This document shows, one piece after another, positions 1 to 9,284 of a stretch of 20,000 nt of DNA (its first letter is position 1; each line of letters begins with the position of its first letter). The position numbers were made by a program, and so were the translations under genes. Origin of the DNA: Microthyrium microscopicum (Eukaryota); assembly GCA_010405405.1 (NCBI GenBank), contig MU004231.1, positions 4,379,334-4,399,333 of the forward strand, read 5' to 3'. A model generated the notes under the pieces. That model saw nothing but the letters and a program-made list of their open reading frames with translations. It was not told the origin of the DNA and searched no databases.

Positions 1-434
1 TCATGAATCGTCATAGATTGTAGGCGTGAAGACAATCCATGGCGGCTGGATACGCTTCGTGGACGAGGTTTAGGAAAGAGCGGCGAAGGGCTGGCCTCTC
101 GTTCGCTCTCTTGATCAATCGTGGCACGGAAGATGGGCTTAGATCGACGAGTCTCCCGGGGTATTCCAGAACCACCAGTTCCATTTCGTGGGGGAGGCTC
201 GGGCCAGAACGGAGGAGGCTGCACTTGTTCTTCTGCTAAGGTTTCAAACGCGAAGCCAGATTGGACTTTCTTGTGCTTCTTTGACACCGGTGTAGAGTCG
301 GAATCAGATGTTTGAGATCCTTCGAGAGATCCTTTTGTGTTTGGCGCGTATTCGGCAATATCTACTGACGCCGGTAGAGTTGAAGCTCCGAGTGGCATGC
401 GAGAAGCCTTGGCTTTAGCTTTCTTACCGCCCAT
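1..434 (-). CDS. 5' part of an unidentified protein-coding gene (Ser/Pro/Lys-rich, probably disordered N-terminus); runs off the left edge
   Basis: ATG at 434-432 in context ATCGCAATGG opens a stop-free frame to the window edge: MGGKKAKAKASRMPLGASTLPASVDIAEYAPNTKGSLEGSQTSDSDSTPVSKKHKKVQSGFAFETLAEEQVQPPPFWPEPPPRNG...LQSMTIH. It is preceded on the minus strand by a CT-rich leader typical of fungal 5' regions. Absent from the ORF track, presumably because no stop lies inside the window. Confidence 0.75.
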   Translation of the reverse strand, partial: MGGKKAKAKASRMPLGASTLPASVDIAEYAPNTKGSLEGSQTSDSDSTPVSKKHKKVQSGFAFETLAEEQVQPPPFWPEPPPRNGTGGSGIPRETRRSKPIFRATIDQESEREASPSPLFPKPRPRSVSSRHGLSSRLQSMTIH

Positions 435-1432
435 TGCGATTATAGTGATTCTTGAAATCTATATAGGAGAAAAGGGATGATGGAAGAAAAGAAGAAAGAG
501 GAATCGGGGAAGTGTGGTTAAGTAGGAACAGGTTTGGAAGCAGTGTTGAGGGTGTTGTTGGGAGTTGTTATGTTATGGGAGTTGCAGATGTTTGTGGGGT
601 TTGGAGTGTGGGAGAAGTGTTGTAGAAGGATTTGGGAACGAAAGAAAGTTGCTTGCTGAAATAGTGTTCGAGAGAAGCTTCAGTGACTACTATCACATAG
701 CAGCTTGACCGAATGCGGCCTGAAGTGACTGCACGAGCCAGGAAAGATACCCAATATGGGAAAACTGGCAAGAACAGTGAAGGAATATCAGTAGACACTC
801 CAACTCCGCGAGAGGACCAATGGAGGAGCCTGTCGAGGTTGAGAGAAGGTAGCCATAATGGGAGGCATGCACTGATGGTGTTGAACTCTCATATTCCGGT
901 TGTCAGGCCAGTGATGATCGTGCGTAGAGGTTGATATATGGCAGCTACATCTTGAAGTTCCACCTGAAAAGTTTCGACGACTGCGAATGGGCGTCGCGTC
1001 TATGGCCACAATATGATGAACATCTTGTAGCTGGAGCTGTCAAAAAGTGTCATCACTTGTGCTGTTATCATGACATGAGTCTTCCCAGCGAATACTCCAA
1101 ACAGATATCTATAATCAATGAATAATGACATCTCTGCAGTATAGGAAGAAGTAATTGTTTTCCAACAAAATGACCTCTCACAGCTCGAGATTTTAGTCTT
1201 TGAATATCACCTGCAGGGCAATTAGTTTCTTAACGCCTTAGAAATGGACATCGACATACCTTCAATGCGAAACCATTGGATATGGTTTTGTGTTCTCCTG
1301 AAGAGTCACCTTTACGCAAATAACGGACCCAAAACTGTCAAGCCCCCTGGGTTATGTTGAAAATCAAGATACGATTCAGTATTGATCCTTCATAATTATA
1401 TCAATAATCCACCCCCATCGTATGCCATGTCC

Positions 1433-1996
1433 TCACTTCTTCTCCTTGACCTCCTCACTCCCAACCGGCACCAACTTCCCCACAACCAAATACTTCTCCA
1501 AAAACCTCTCCTCCCACCCCTTCAGCGCCTCCATCTGCCCCTCATCTAAGTCTTTGAGCGGATCCAACGGCCCCTGCAAATCCTCCGTCAACATACTCTC
1601 ATCAAAGCTCCCCAACGCCAACCCCCTACTCGCATCCCGCCCCGCAAAGTTCGCATATGGTCCGCCCGGTCCGTAAAAGTTTCGTCCCGGCGATACATCG
1701 AAGACTTGGCCGCGCACGGCGAAATAGATGGGTTTGTTGGCGGTGCCGTCGAATTCGGTGAGCTCAGGGGGGGTGAAGACGCGGAAGACGGTGGGTGGTG
1801 GAGCGGCTGGGGCGGTGGGGATTGTTCGTGGACGGAGACGTAGGTAGATTAGGAGGGCGAGGAGGGAGATGAGGATTAGATTTATGGGGGTGCCGATTGA
1901 GGCGCTGGGTTGGATGTTAGGTATGATGATGGGAGATGTTGGGGATGCTTACACTTGTGTTGCGTCGGGATGGTCGGGGGAGGCTTGTTTGTCCAT
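1433..1996 (-). CDS. DAP1: Membrane-associated progesterone receptor family / cytochrome b5-like heme/steroid-binding protein (Dap1/PGRMC1-like), 171 aa, 2 exons (1996-1953, 1904-1433)
   Basis: Spliced translation MDKQASPDHPDATQVASIGTPINLILISLLALLIYLRLRP...FTPPELTEFDGTANKPIYFAVRGQVFDVSPGRNFYGPGGPYANFAGRDASRGLA...WEERFLEKYLVVGKL. It has an N-terminal hydrophobic anchor and the MAPR signature FYGPGGPYxNFAGRDASRGLA. The intron keeps the frame (44+472 = 516 nt). Confidence 0.93.
1905..1952 (-). other. 48-nt spliceosomal intron of the DAP1-like gene
   Basis: GTAAGC donor (1952-1947), CTAAC branch (1920-1916), CAG acceptor (1907-1905). Removing it joins the ATG exon in frame with the heme-binding domain. 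Confidence 0.88.
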
Positions 1997-2932
1997 GATG
2001 GGTGGTTGTGGTGGATTAGATGTCTTCTTTGGTTCTGGGTCTAGCTTTGAGAGTACTTTGATGACCCAATGAATGGTCTTTGAAATGTAGAAAAGGGTTG
2101 CGACAATGAATTGTGGTTAAGATGCTGGAGATGTAAAGTAGTTTGACGTCAAGGTTGAAACGTAGGAAGCTCGGACCTTTACAGGTTAGAACACGCGACT
2201 TCTGGAGATCATAATCCTCCCAACTACAATCCCCATTCCCCAACCATTCTGCCAGTTCAAGAAATACATAAGTCTACATGTGATGTTTAGTCCTCAGAAA
2301 CCTCTCCCTTGATCGGTTCATCAAAGGCAGCGGGTTGAAATAAGTCCAACCTTATAGGCTCATGTCCACGTGCGATCAATGGAAAAGGAACCTGAAACTT
2401 GAAGGGACCGAGGATACGTTGGCTGTCAACGAGTCAACCAGCAGCAATGTTACAGAATGAGAGTGACATTGTCGCCCAAGACCAATGGCTCAGAACATCA
2501 ACATTTTCCCGGTCCTGGTGGTACAATGAACAGGAGAAGTTAACCACAGGCTTATAAGCTTTACAAACGGGAACGCAAATCAATGGACGGGTGCAAACGG
2601 CATTTCAATGAACCTAGTAACGACAAATCGAGAAGACGATGATGATATTTCGCTGGCGTATTGAAAGGGAGGCTCCGTTCTAGTTTGAAACACAAGCACA
2701 GATGACTTTGGGAGGCCGAGAGAGCCACACCACGACGCTTGGCTGCTTTGTATCGACAAGGCGAACCATGGGTGTAATCCTCGTGCTCAGGGGTCTGGAT
2801 GGGCAACGGGCAACGGATAACTTGGGGAACTCAGGGATCAGACCTGGGGAGGATGTTGTAGGAAATAATGAAATAAAAGCTCAGAGACCCTTGGATGCAC
2901 ATTGTTGACAGGCGATAAAGGTGTTAGTGACA

Positions 2933-3775
2933 GAAGGTTCGTTCCAAACCCTGGATCTGCGCTAGTCCTAATCTAGGATTAGGAAGTAGAAATACTAAAA
3001 TTTAGCCTCTATTAGCTATTACATCTTTTTGCCTTTTTTACCCCTTTCTATATATTACTTTTGCCTCTATTATAGCCTAAATTCTAGGCTCTAAGAAGAT
3101 ACGTTTTACGTCTTTAATAAGGTATAAATATTATAGTTATTATAGTAGTTAGTTAATTAGATTCTTTAATATTTCCTTTACTAATTCTATATTCCTTAAG
3201 CTATATAAACTATATTTTATTAGTTATAAGCCTAGTATTCTAATATATTTTTATTATTTTATTATTCTATATATAAATTTTTTATAAACTATATTATTAT
3301 AATCTCCTAAATTCTAGCTATTACTATATACTAGTTTTAGTATTAATACTTAATATTTAAATTATAAATTAACTTATAATATTGCTTCTAAAGTTATAAT
3401 CGTTACTAAAGCTAAAACTACTATCTAAAGCTATTACTCTTTTAAGGTAGAGTTAGAAAGTACTTTACTTTACCTATTCTCTTCTATAGTAACTTATACC
3501 TCTCTTTATTACTTTACTATTTATAATACTTATTTAAATTATTAAGAAGTAATAAAAGAACCTTACTATATTATTTAATAGTAAGAAAGAATAAGAAATT
3601 AGCAAATTAAATTAAGAAATTACCTAAAGAGGTAATTCTATAAATCTTAAGAATATAAATATTCTTTTATCCTCTCTTCTTTTTTTTTTCTTCTTTTCTT
3701 CTTTATTACGTACTTTAAGCTTTATGCCTTTACTAGTACTCTTTTTACTATATTTAGCGTTTATATAACCTTTAC
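2933..3775. mobile_element. Unclassified RIP-degenerated repeat at the block edge, apparently interrupted by the Copia insertion
   Basis: Has RIP composition, a less-mutated left edge (GAAGGTTCGTTCCAAACCCTGGATC...), a hairpin at 2966-2984 and a purine-rich minus-strand tract at ~3670-3710. No domain recognised; left boundary approximate. Confidence 0.4.
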
Positions 3776-3846
3776 TATTAAGTTCCTAGCATATTCTTAA
3801 TCTTAATAATTTTTTAAAAGCTATTACTTCCTTAAACTCTTAATAT

Positions 3847-4124
3847 ATTAATAGCCTTAGTATTAGTAGTACTAAAATATACTAATAGCCTTAATATTTA
3901 TAAAGGTAAAGTATAAGTAATACTTCTTACTACTTTTAATTACTATCTAATCCTTTAGTCTTTAATAATTCTTTTATTACTATTACTTCCTTAACTTTAA
4001 GGACTTAATTACTAGTAGTCCTTACCTTTAAGGACTTAACCTCTTTACTAAGCCTAATACGCTAATAGCCTTAGTATTAGTAGTACTAGAGTACGCTAAT
4101 AGCCTTAGTATTAGTAATACTAGA
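3847..4124 (+). repeat. 34-bp-period tandem units (two dimers: ~3847-3900 and 4061-4124) in the putative Copia LTR
   Basis: Unit GCTAATAGCCTTAGTATTAGTAGTACTAGAGTAC starts at 4061 and 4095, with variants at 3847 and 3881. A second motif, TTAACTTTAAGGACTTAA, recurs at ~3991, ~4022 and ~4257. Confidence 0.85.
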
Positions 4125-4409
4125 TAATGCCTTCTAACTCCTTAATAATAACTATATTATTATACTTACTACTTCCTTTCTTATAGACTTAAGCTACTAA
4201 GTAAGTCTCTTAGAGAAACTTACTATTAATATTATATAAACTACTACTATTATTCTTTAACTTTAAGGACTTAATCTCTTTACTACCTTAGCTATAATAA
4301 TACTAAAACCTATACTACTTTTAAGTATATTCTAAATTCCTATAGAATATTATTAATAATCCTACTACTATTAACCTAACCTTAGTACTTTAGTCTAAGC
4401 CTAATACGT

Positions 4410-4749
4410 TATAACTAAAAGGTATATTTAGTAAAGATATATAAGTGTCTAATTATTCTATATTCTATTCCTAAGTAGAGTAGAAGAAGCATTTAGCGAA
4501 GATATATAAGTATCTAATTATTCTATATTCTATTCCTAAGTAAAGAGACATAACGCTAAGCTTAAACTACTTAAAGAGGAAATCTTAGAGGCCTAAAAGG
4601 TATAAATATCTTCTCTTACTTATTCTTCTCTTCTTCTTCTTCTTCCTCTATACTAAGGTAGTATCTCTTAAATAGAGGTATAGAGATACTAAGGTAGTAT
4701 CTCCTAAACAAAGTAATAACCTATTAGAAGTACTTATTATAAGCTTACA
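4410..4749 (+). mobile_element. Candidate solo LTR (340 bp) nested in the Copia LTR
   Basis: Ends are TATAA (RIPped TGTAA) ... TTACA. The flanks TACGT (4405-4409) and TATAC (4750-4754) both derive from TACGC by transitions, and TACGC is what the related motif at 4058-4062 reads. It has its own TATA + CT tract and a 55-bp duplication. Confidence 0.4.
4426..4545 (+). repeat. Direct duplication of 55 bp, period 65 (4426-4480 and 4491-4545)
   Basis: ATTTAGTAAAGATATATAAGTGTCTAATTATTCTATATTCTATTCCTAAGTAGAG versus ATTTAGCGAAGATATATAAGTATCTAATTATTCTATATTCTATTCCTAAGTAAAG; all differences are transitions. Confidence 0.9.
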
Positions 4750-4946
4750 TATACTTCCTCTAAATAGACTAGACGTAAATTACCTAAATAAGTAATCCCT
4801 TATTTTTTAGGAGTATAAAATACTTTCTTCCTCTTCTTCTTTACCTCTTCTTTTTCTTCTTTTATATACTAAGATAGTTCCTCTAAATTAGAAGTATCTC
4901 TAAAATAGCCTACTAAGCTAAAGGAATAAGCCATAGTAACTTAATA

Positions 4947-4957
4947 TAGTAGTAGCG
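4947..4957 (+). promoter_or_regulatory. Putative primer-binding site (PBS) of the Copia element
   Basis: TAGTAGTAGCG directly follows the LTR end and is compatible with RIPped TGGTRGCAGCG (TGG complements the tRNA CCA end). The tRNA identity cannot be determined. Confidence 0.5.
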
Positions 4958-5061
4958 TTTTTACCTTTTAATTAGAGTAGTATTAAAGATATTAGTCCTT
5001 ATAAAAAGCTAGGTATTATTCCTAAGTATACTATATAAACTCTATAGAAGGATTACCTAAA

Positions 5062-7722
5062 ATAGTAACTACTAGAGATCTTCTTATAATAATTATATTA
5101 AAGAATAGTAATAACTAGTATACCTAGATTAATTCTATAAAATAGTAAGTATATACTCTAAATATTTAAGATTATATTAATCTAGAAAGAACTAGTTCTT
5201 CTCTAAAAGAACTAATACGCCTATCTAAAATATACCTAATAGAACCTACTATTTCTTAAGTATCTATAAAGAATAATAAGGATTAACTTACTTAAATAGT
5301 AAAGTTAATTCCTACTTAAGAATATAATATCTTATTATAGATATATAATTTAGACTACTAAGAGTACTAAGATACTAAAAACATTATAGTTAAGATTAAT
5401 AACTTTCTAAATAAGATAATATCTAAAAGTCTTTAGAACTATATTACTAATATCTTTAAGGCTTAAGATATACTTTAAGCACTTTAGAAAGATATTTATC
5501 CTTCCTAAACTAGTATAATCTTAAAGCTAGATAAAGAATTTAATACCCTAAGAAAGAGGTATAAATAGTAAGAACTATAACTCTAGCTAACTTACTAAAT
5601 ATTCCTTTAAAGAGAAAGTTCTCTTTATAATAAGGATAGAATCTTTAAGAGATAGCTTATAAATGCTTTTATAGATACTACTTAAGCTCCTTACCTTAGT
5701 GCCTAGATATAGTTTACTTATTATTATATAAAAAATAAATAATTTACGCTATTAGAGTATATTAAGAAGTATTAAACTATCTATAGTAAAGAAACTATAC
5801 TAGTATTACAATCTAGTATTACTTTTACTATTACCCTTAATAGAAAGACTTAAGAAGAGATATCTTAACCTAAGAAGACTTCCTTAACTATAAATACTTA
5901 TTAACCTTCTTTAATATCTAAATTATAGAGTTCTTAGAAGGATAGAAAGATAACTCTTCCTTACCTCTATAGTAAGATAGAACTCTATAATAATTACCTT
6001 TATCTTTAACCTAATAAACATCTAAATAAATAGTATCCTAACCCTAAAGTAGAAGCTAAAGTTAAGGAGAGCCTTAAGAATTCTACGCTTAAAGCTAGAG
6101 TTAATTATATTCTATAAAGAGAGTAAGAATAAGAGCATAGTAATAATAACTAACTACCTAAACTAATTAAACATATAGGTATTAGAATAGTAGTTATAAA
6201 AGTTATAATATCTATAGCAGTTAAGATATCTTTTAATAAAAAGTTTATTCTAAATTCTAGAGTAAATATATATATTTATAATAATAAATTCTACTTTAAG
6301 ATATATAAGAGTATTTCTAGTTCTTTAATCTATAGTAGAGTCTTCTTATAAGTTATAAAATATAGTAATATAAATGTTACTATTTTAGGCTCTAAAGGAT
6401 ACTAAATAGTTACTCTCTATAATATTACTTATATACCTAGCTTCTATAAGAATCTAGCTTCCTACTATAGAATAAAAACTATAGAATATTACTAGAATAA
6501 CAAAATAGGCTAAATTAGGTATATTAAAATAAGAAAGCTTCTAGCTAAGATTATCCTTTCTAATATTTACTTTCTCTTTAAAAATAATCTTTACTACACC
6601 TTCCCTACAATATTATTACTTCCTTATACTTCTATAGCTTCTATATCTAAATAGCACTAATAAATAAATTATATTAGTAAAGCTATAGTATCTTATATAG
6701 AATACACTACTAAAGGCGTAAAAATTACTCTAAATATTACCTCTTCTAAAGATACTAAAGATAATAACTATTTCTATAAAATCTATATCAAAATAAAGCA
6801 GAAGAAACAAATCTCCTATTAACTAATAGATTTAGGCTTAAAGCCCTTTAAGAAGCTTTATATTAACCTAATTTAGGTTAAGAAAGGCTATAATAATAAT
6901 TACTAGATTATTTACACCTACTATGCTATTATAAAGTTCTATTTACTAGAAATACTTCCTTAGAAAATATAAAAGAACTATATTTAATTCCTATGCTACG
7001 TACTTACTATTATTAAAAATATAAGTTATAAAGTAGGCAATATTAAATATAAGGTCCTTTAAATCTATAGGAATTATAAGGCTATAATAAGCAAAAAGTA
7101 GGATAATAAGATCTAGCTAAATAGTATTATTAAAGAACTATCTATACCTTATACTACTTTATAAAATAGTCCTATAGAAGTATTAAGACAAATTCTAATA
7201 TCTATTATAAGAGTACTAAAATAACATAGTAGTTTTCTAGATACATTATAGCCTAAACTTACTTACTTAGTAGTCTATCTACTTAATAGGATCTTAAAGA
7301 AGTAGCTAAACTAAAGAATACCCTTTAAAATAGTATTTAAATAAGTACTAAATCTCTTATTAGTCTAAATTATTAGCTTAAAAGCCTATATTTATAATCC
7401 TAATATTCTAAAGCTTAAGAAGCTTTAATCTTACTTAATTAAAAGCTAACTAATAGGTTATACTAGAAGTAATATCTTTAGGGTCTAAATTCCTTTAAAT
7501 AACTATATTATTAAAGTATAAGATATTATAATTAATAAAACTATTAAATTTAATACTACTATGCTTACTATAATTAATAACTAATCTACTAACGTACCTC
7601 TAAACATACTATTCTCTTATCTTAAAATAGACGTTAATAGTAGTATATTTAACTTATAAGAAGCTAAACAACAGCCTAATCAAAATTAAGAGGCATAAGA
7701 TAATTAATAATAAGAATAAGAT
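5062..7722 (+). pseudogene. Ty1/Copia gag-protease-integrase relic (RIP-inactivated), 5' segment
   Basis: Motifs in Copia order: gag N-terminus LKNSNN*YT*INSIK...I*DYINL (~5100-5185); knuckle relic PYLYSK...NYLYL (~5960-6005); protease FILNSRVNIYIYNNK (= ILDSGAxxHICND, ~6244); GAG-pre-integrase K*H**INY (= WHxRxGH, ~6650); FYKIY (CxxC, ~6773); PFKKLYINL (~6844); PYTTL*NSPIE (= PYTxxQNGxAE, ~7147); L*PKL, YLLNR; LIGYTRSNIFRV*IP (~7450-7495). Confidence 0.9.
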
Positions 7723-7990
7723 TATTAGAAACGGGTCGTTCTAAGTAGGTAAAGACTATAATTATTATGGTTTAAGTAGATACGTAAAAATAGAGACGAG
7801 AGTAATTGCTAGGGAGTTACTTAGACCCTTATAATCCCTCTTCTTTATTACCTAGAGCTATAAGGACTCTACTAAGTTATCTATGTTTATAATAGGTTAT
7901 TATTAGTTAACCTAACTAATAATGCTTTATCCTACGTAGATATATCCTATTAGTAGTTATCTTAAATTAAAGGTGTCCTAGTTCTTAATA
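7723..7990 (-). repeat. 3' LTR of the chromovirus
   Basis: Aligns without gaps to 16233-16500 with 27 mismatches by manual count, all transitions. Termini TATTAG...TAATA are RIPped TG...CA. Confidence 0.96.
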
Positions 7991-8005
7991 TTATCTTTCT
8001 TCTTA
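7991..8005 (-). promoter_or_regulatory. Polypurine tract of the chromovirus
   Basis: Minus strand reads AAGAAGAAAGATAA immediately before the 3' LTR. Confidence 0.6.
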
Positions 8006-8673
8006 AGGCTATTCATCCTAAAGAGTATATTTAAAGGTTTTAATAGATATTTCTTATACTTATATATAGCTTTTAACTATACTCTATTATACTAAGACTT
8101 AGGAGAAGATAAGGCTTAACTAAATATATAGGATTAAGCTATCTATATCTTAGAGAGTCTTTTATAGCTTAGTAATGTCCTTATTCTCTAGCTTTAGTAT
8201 ATTATTTATTTAAGATAGATAGCCCTTTATTTTTTACTTACTTTAGATAGATAGCTCTCTATTTTCTACTAGTCTTAGGCTATAATTAACTATATTAACT
8301 TAAACTTAAAGGAGTCTAGTTATTAAAGTCTAATATATTAATAAGATATCTAATAAGTAATTAATAGCTCTATTAGGATCTTAATTAGTTAATATTAGCT
8401 TTATTAGAGTTAAATTAACTTATTTATAAATATAGCGTAGTGCTACTATTTATATTTAATTAGATCTTATTAAAATGCTACTAGATAGTTATTCTATATA
8501 TAGTATAGGTTATTTAGTTATTAAAATATATATAGCTTAACTTAGTTAATTATACTATGTTAAATATACTAAATTTATATTAGTTTAGTATAATTAGCTT
8601 TATAGTAGGTTAGGTAGCTATAACTTATATATAAAACTACTTTATAAGCCTTATTTAGCTTTAAATTAAAGGC

Positions 8674-8770
8674 ATATTTTGACTTTATTTTACGTTAAAA
8701 AGGATTCTTAAAGGAGTACCCCTTATATATATATCTTAATACTTTTTATATTTAATTAAAGGTTATTTTA
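8674..8770 (+). repeat. 97-bp direct repeat, copy A (copy B at 10830-10926)
   Basis: The first 61 bp align without gaps to copy B with 12 differences (11 transitions, 1 transversion). They are followed by a diverged 26-bp spacer of equal length and an identical GGTTATTTTA. Confidence 0.8.
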
Positions 8771-8980
8771 CGTTATTTATAATAAGGTATTTAAATCCTT
8801 ACTTAAAAGTTTAAAGACTCTAAGACTAAGATTATACCTTTCTATTTAGGAAGTTATAACTTCTCTAAGTACTTATTATACTATGCGCGACTTCCTTTTA
8901 TTATAGGAGGCTCTTATAGGTCTTTATTAAGTATTATTACGTTAATACTTAGCTATTTTAAGAAAGTAAAGAGATTTAGG

Positions 8981-9125
8981 TATAAAATAACTTTTCTTAC
9001 TCTAAATCCTTTATCTCTTATTTTTTATACTCTAAATCTTAAGGTAAGTAGAAATTCTATAGTTTTATAAATATATATAAAGATTACTATTACTAACCTA
9101 TTTTACGTTATAAGTTTTTCTTTAG
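8981..9125 (+). promoter_or_regulatory. Putative antisense promoter and 5'-UTR intron inside the chromovirus
   Basis: TATAAAA at 8981, then a ~50-nt pyrimidine-rich tract, then AAG|GTAAGT (donor 9044), TACTAAC (9091-9097) and a pyrimidine tract ending TTTAG (9125). Confidence 0.5.
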
Positions 9126-9284
9126 TAACTATAAATTTTCTCTTCTTAATTATTAAGCTACTTAGCGCTTTCTTAAATCCTCTTAACCTATTTTAGTATA
9201 CTTTATACTCTTTTAACTTTTAATAACTTATCTTAACTAACCTATATACTTTTAAACTTATCTTTATTTAAAGCAAACATTAAT

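Larger units (their letters stand above)
3776..4946 (+). repeat. Probable 5' LTR of the Ty1/Copia element
   Basis: Termini form a 9-bp inverted repeat, TATTAAGTT (3776-3784) ... AACTTAATA (4938-4946), i.e. RIPped TGTTGAGTT...AACTCAACA. It is followed directly by a PBS-like motif and contains TATA plus CT-rich modules (~4601, ~4814). The 3' LTR lies outside the window, so this cannot be confirmed by pairing. Confidence 0.6.

Noticed and set aside
39..315. Plus-strand ORFs 39..239 and 121..315
   Set aside because: They overlap the longer minus-strand frame starting at 434 and are likely antisense shadows.
568..1125. Short ORFs 568..798, 713..934, 788..1009, 931..1125
   Set aside because: They are 64-76 aa, mutually overlapping, have no recognisable motif, and lie in the intergenic/promoter region.
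1422..2072. Plus-strand ORFs 1422..1676 and 1869..2072, and the GTG start at 1717
   Set aside because: The plus-strand ORFs are antisense shadows of DAP1. The real gene extends upstream of 1717 through an intron to the ATG at 1996.
2016..2908. ORFs 2016..2243, 2561..2806, 2702..2908
   Set aside because: Short, with no recognisable domains or supporting splice structure; probably chance ORFs upstream of DAP1.
2962..2984. Helitron 3' end (hairpin plus CTAG on the minus strand)
   Set aside because: There is no spacer between hairpin and CTAG, the next base is C rather than T, and no Rep/helicase motifs were seen.
3847..4124. 34-bp repeats as a CRISPR-like array
   Set aside because: The units are head-to-tail without unique spacers, the context is eukaryotic, and no cas genes are present.
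8674..8770. RanBP2-type zinc finger in the 97-bp repeat (minus-strand YKGYSFKN read as CxGCSFxN)
   Set aside because: The second CxxC pair cannot be recovered, the two copies are in different frames, and Y is ambiguous after RIP (C/H/R/Y).
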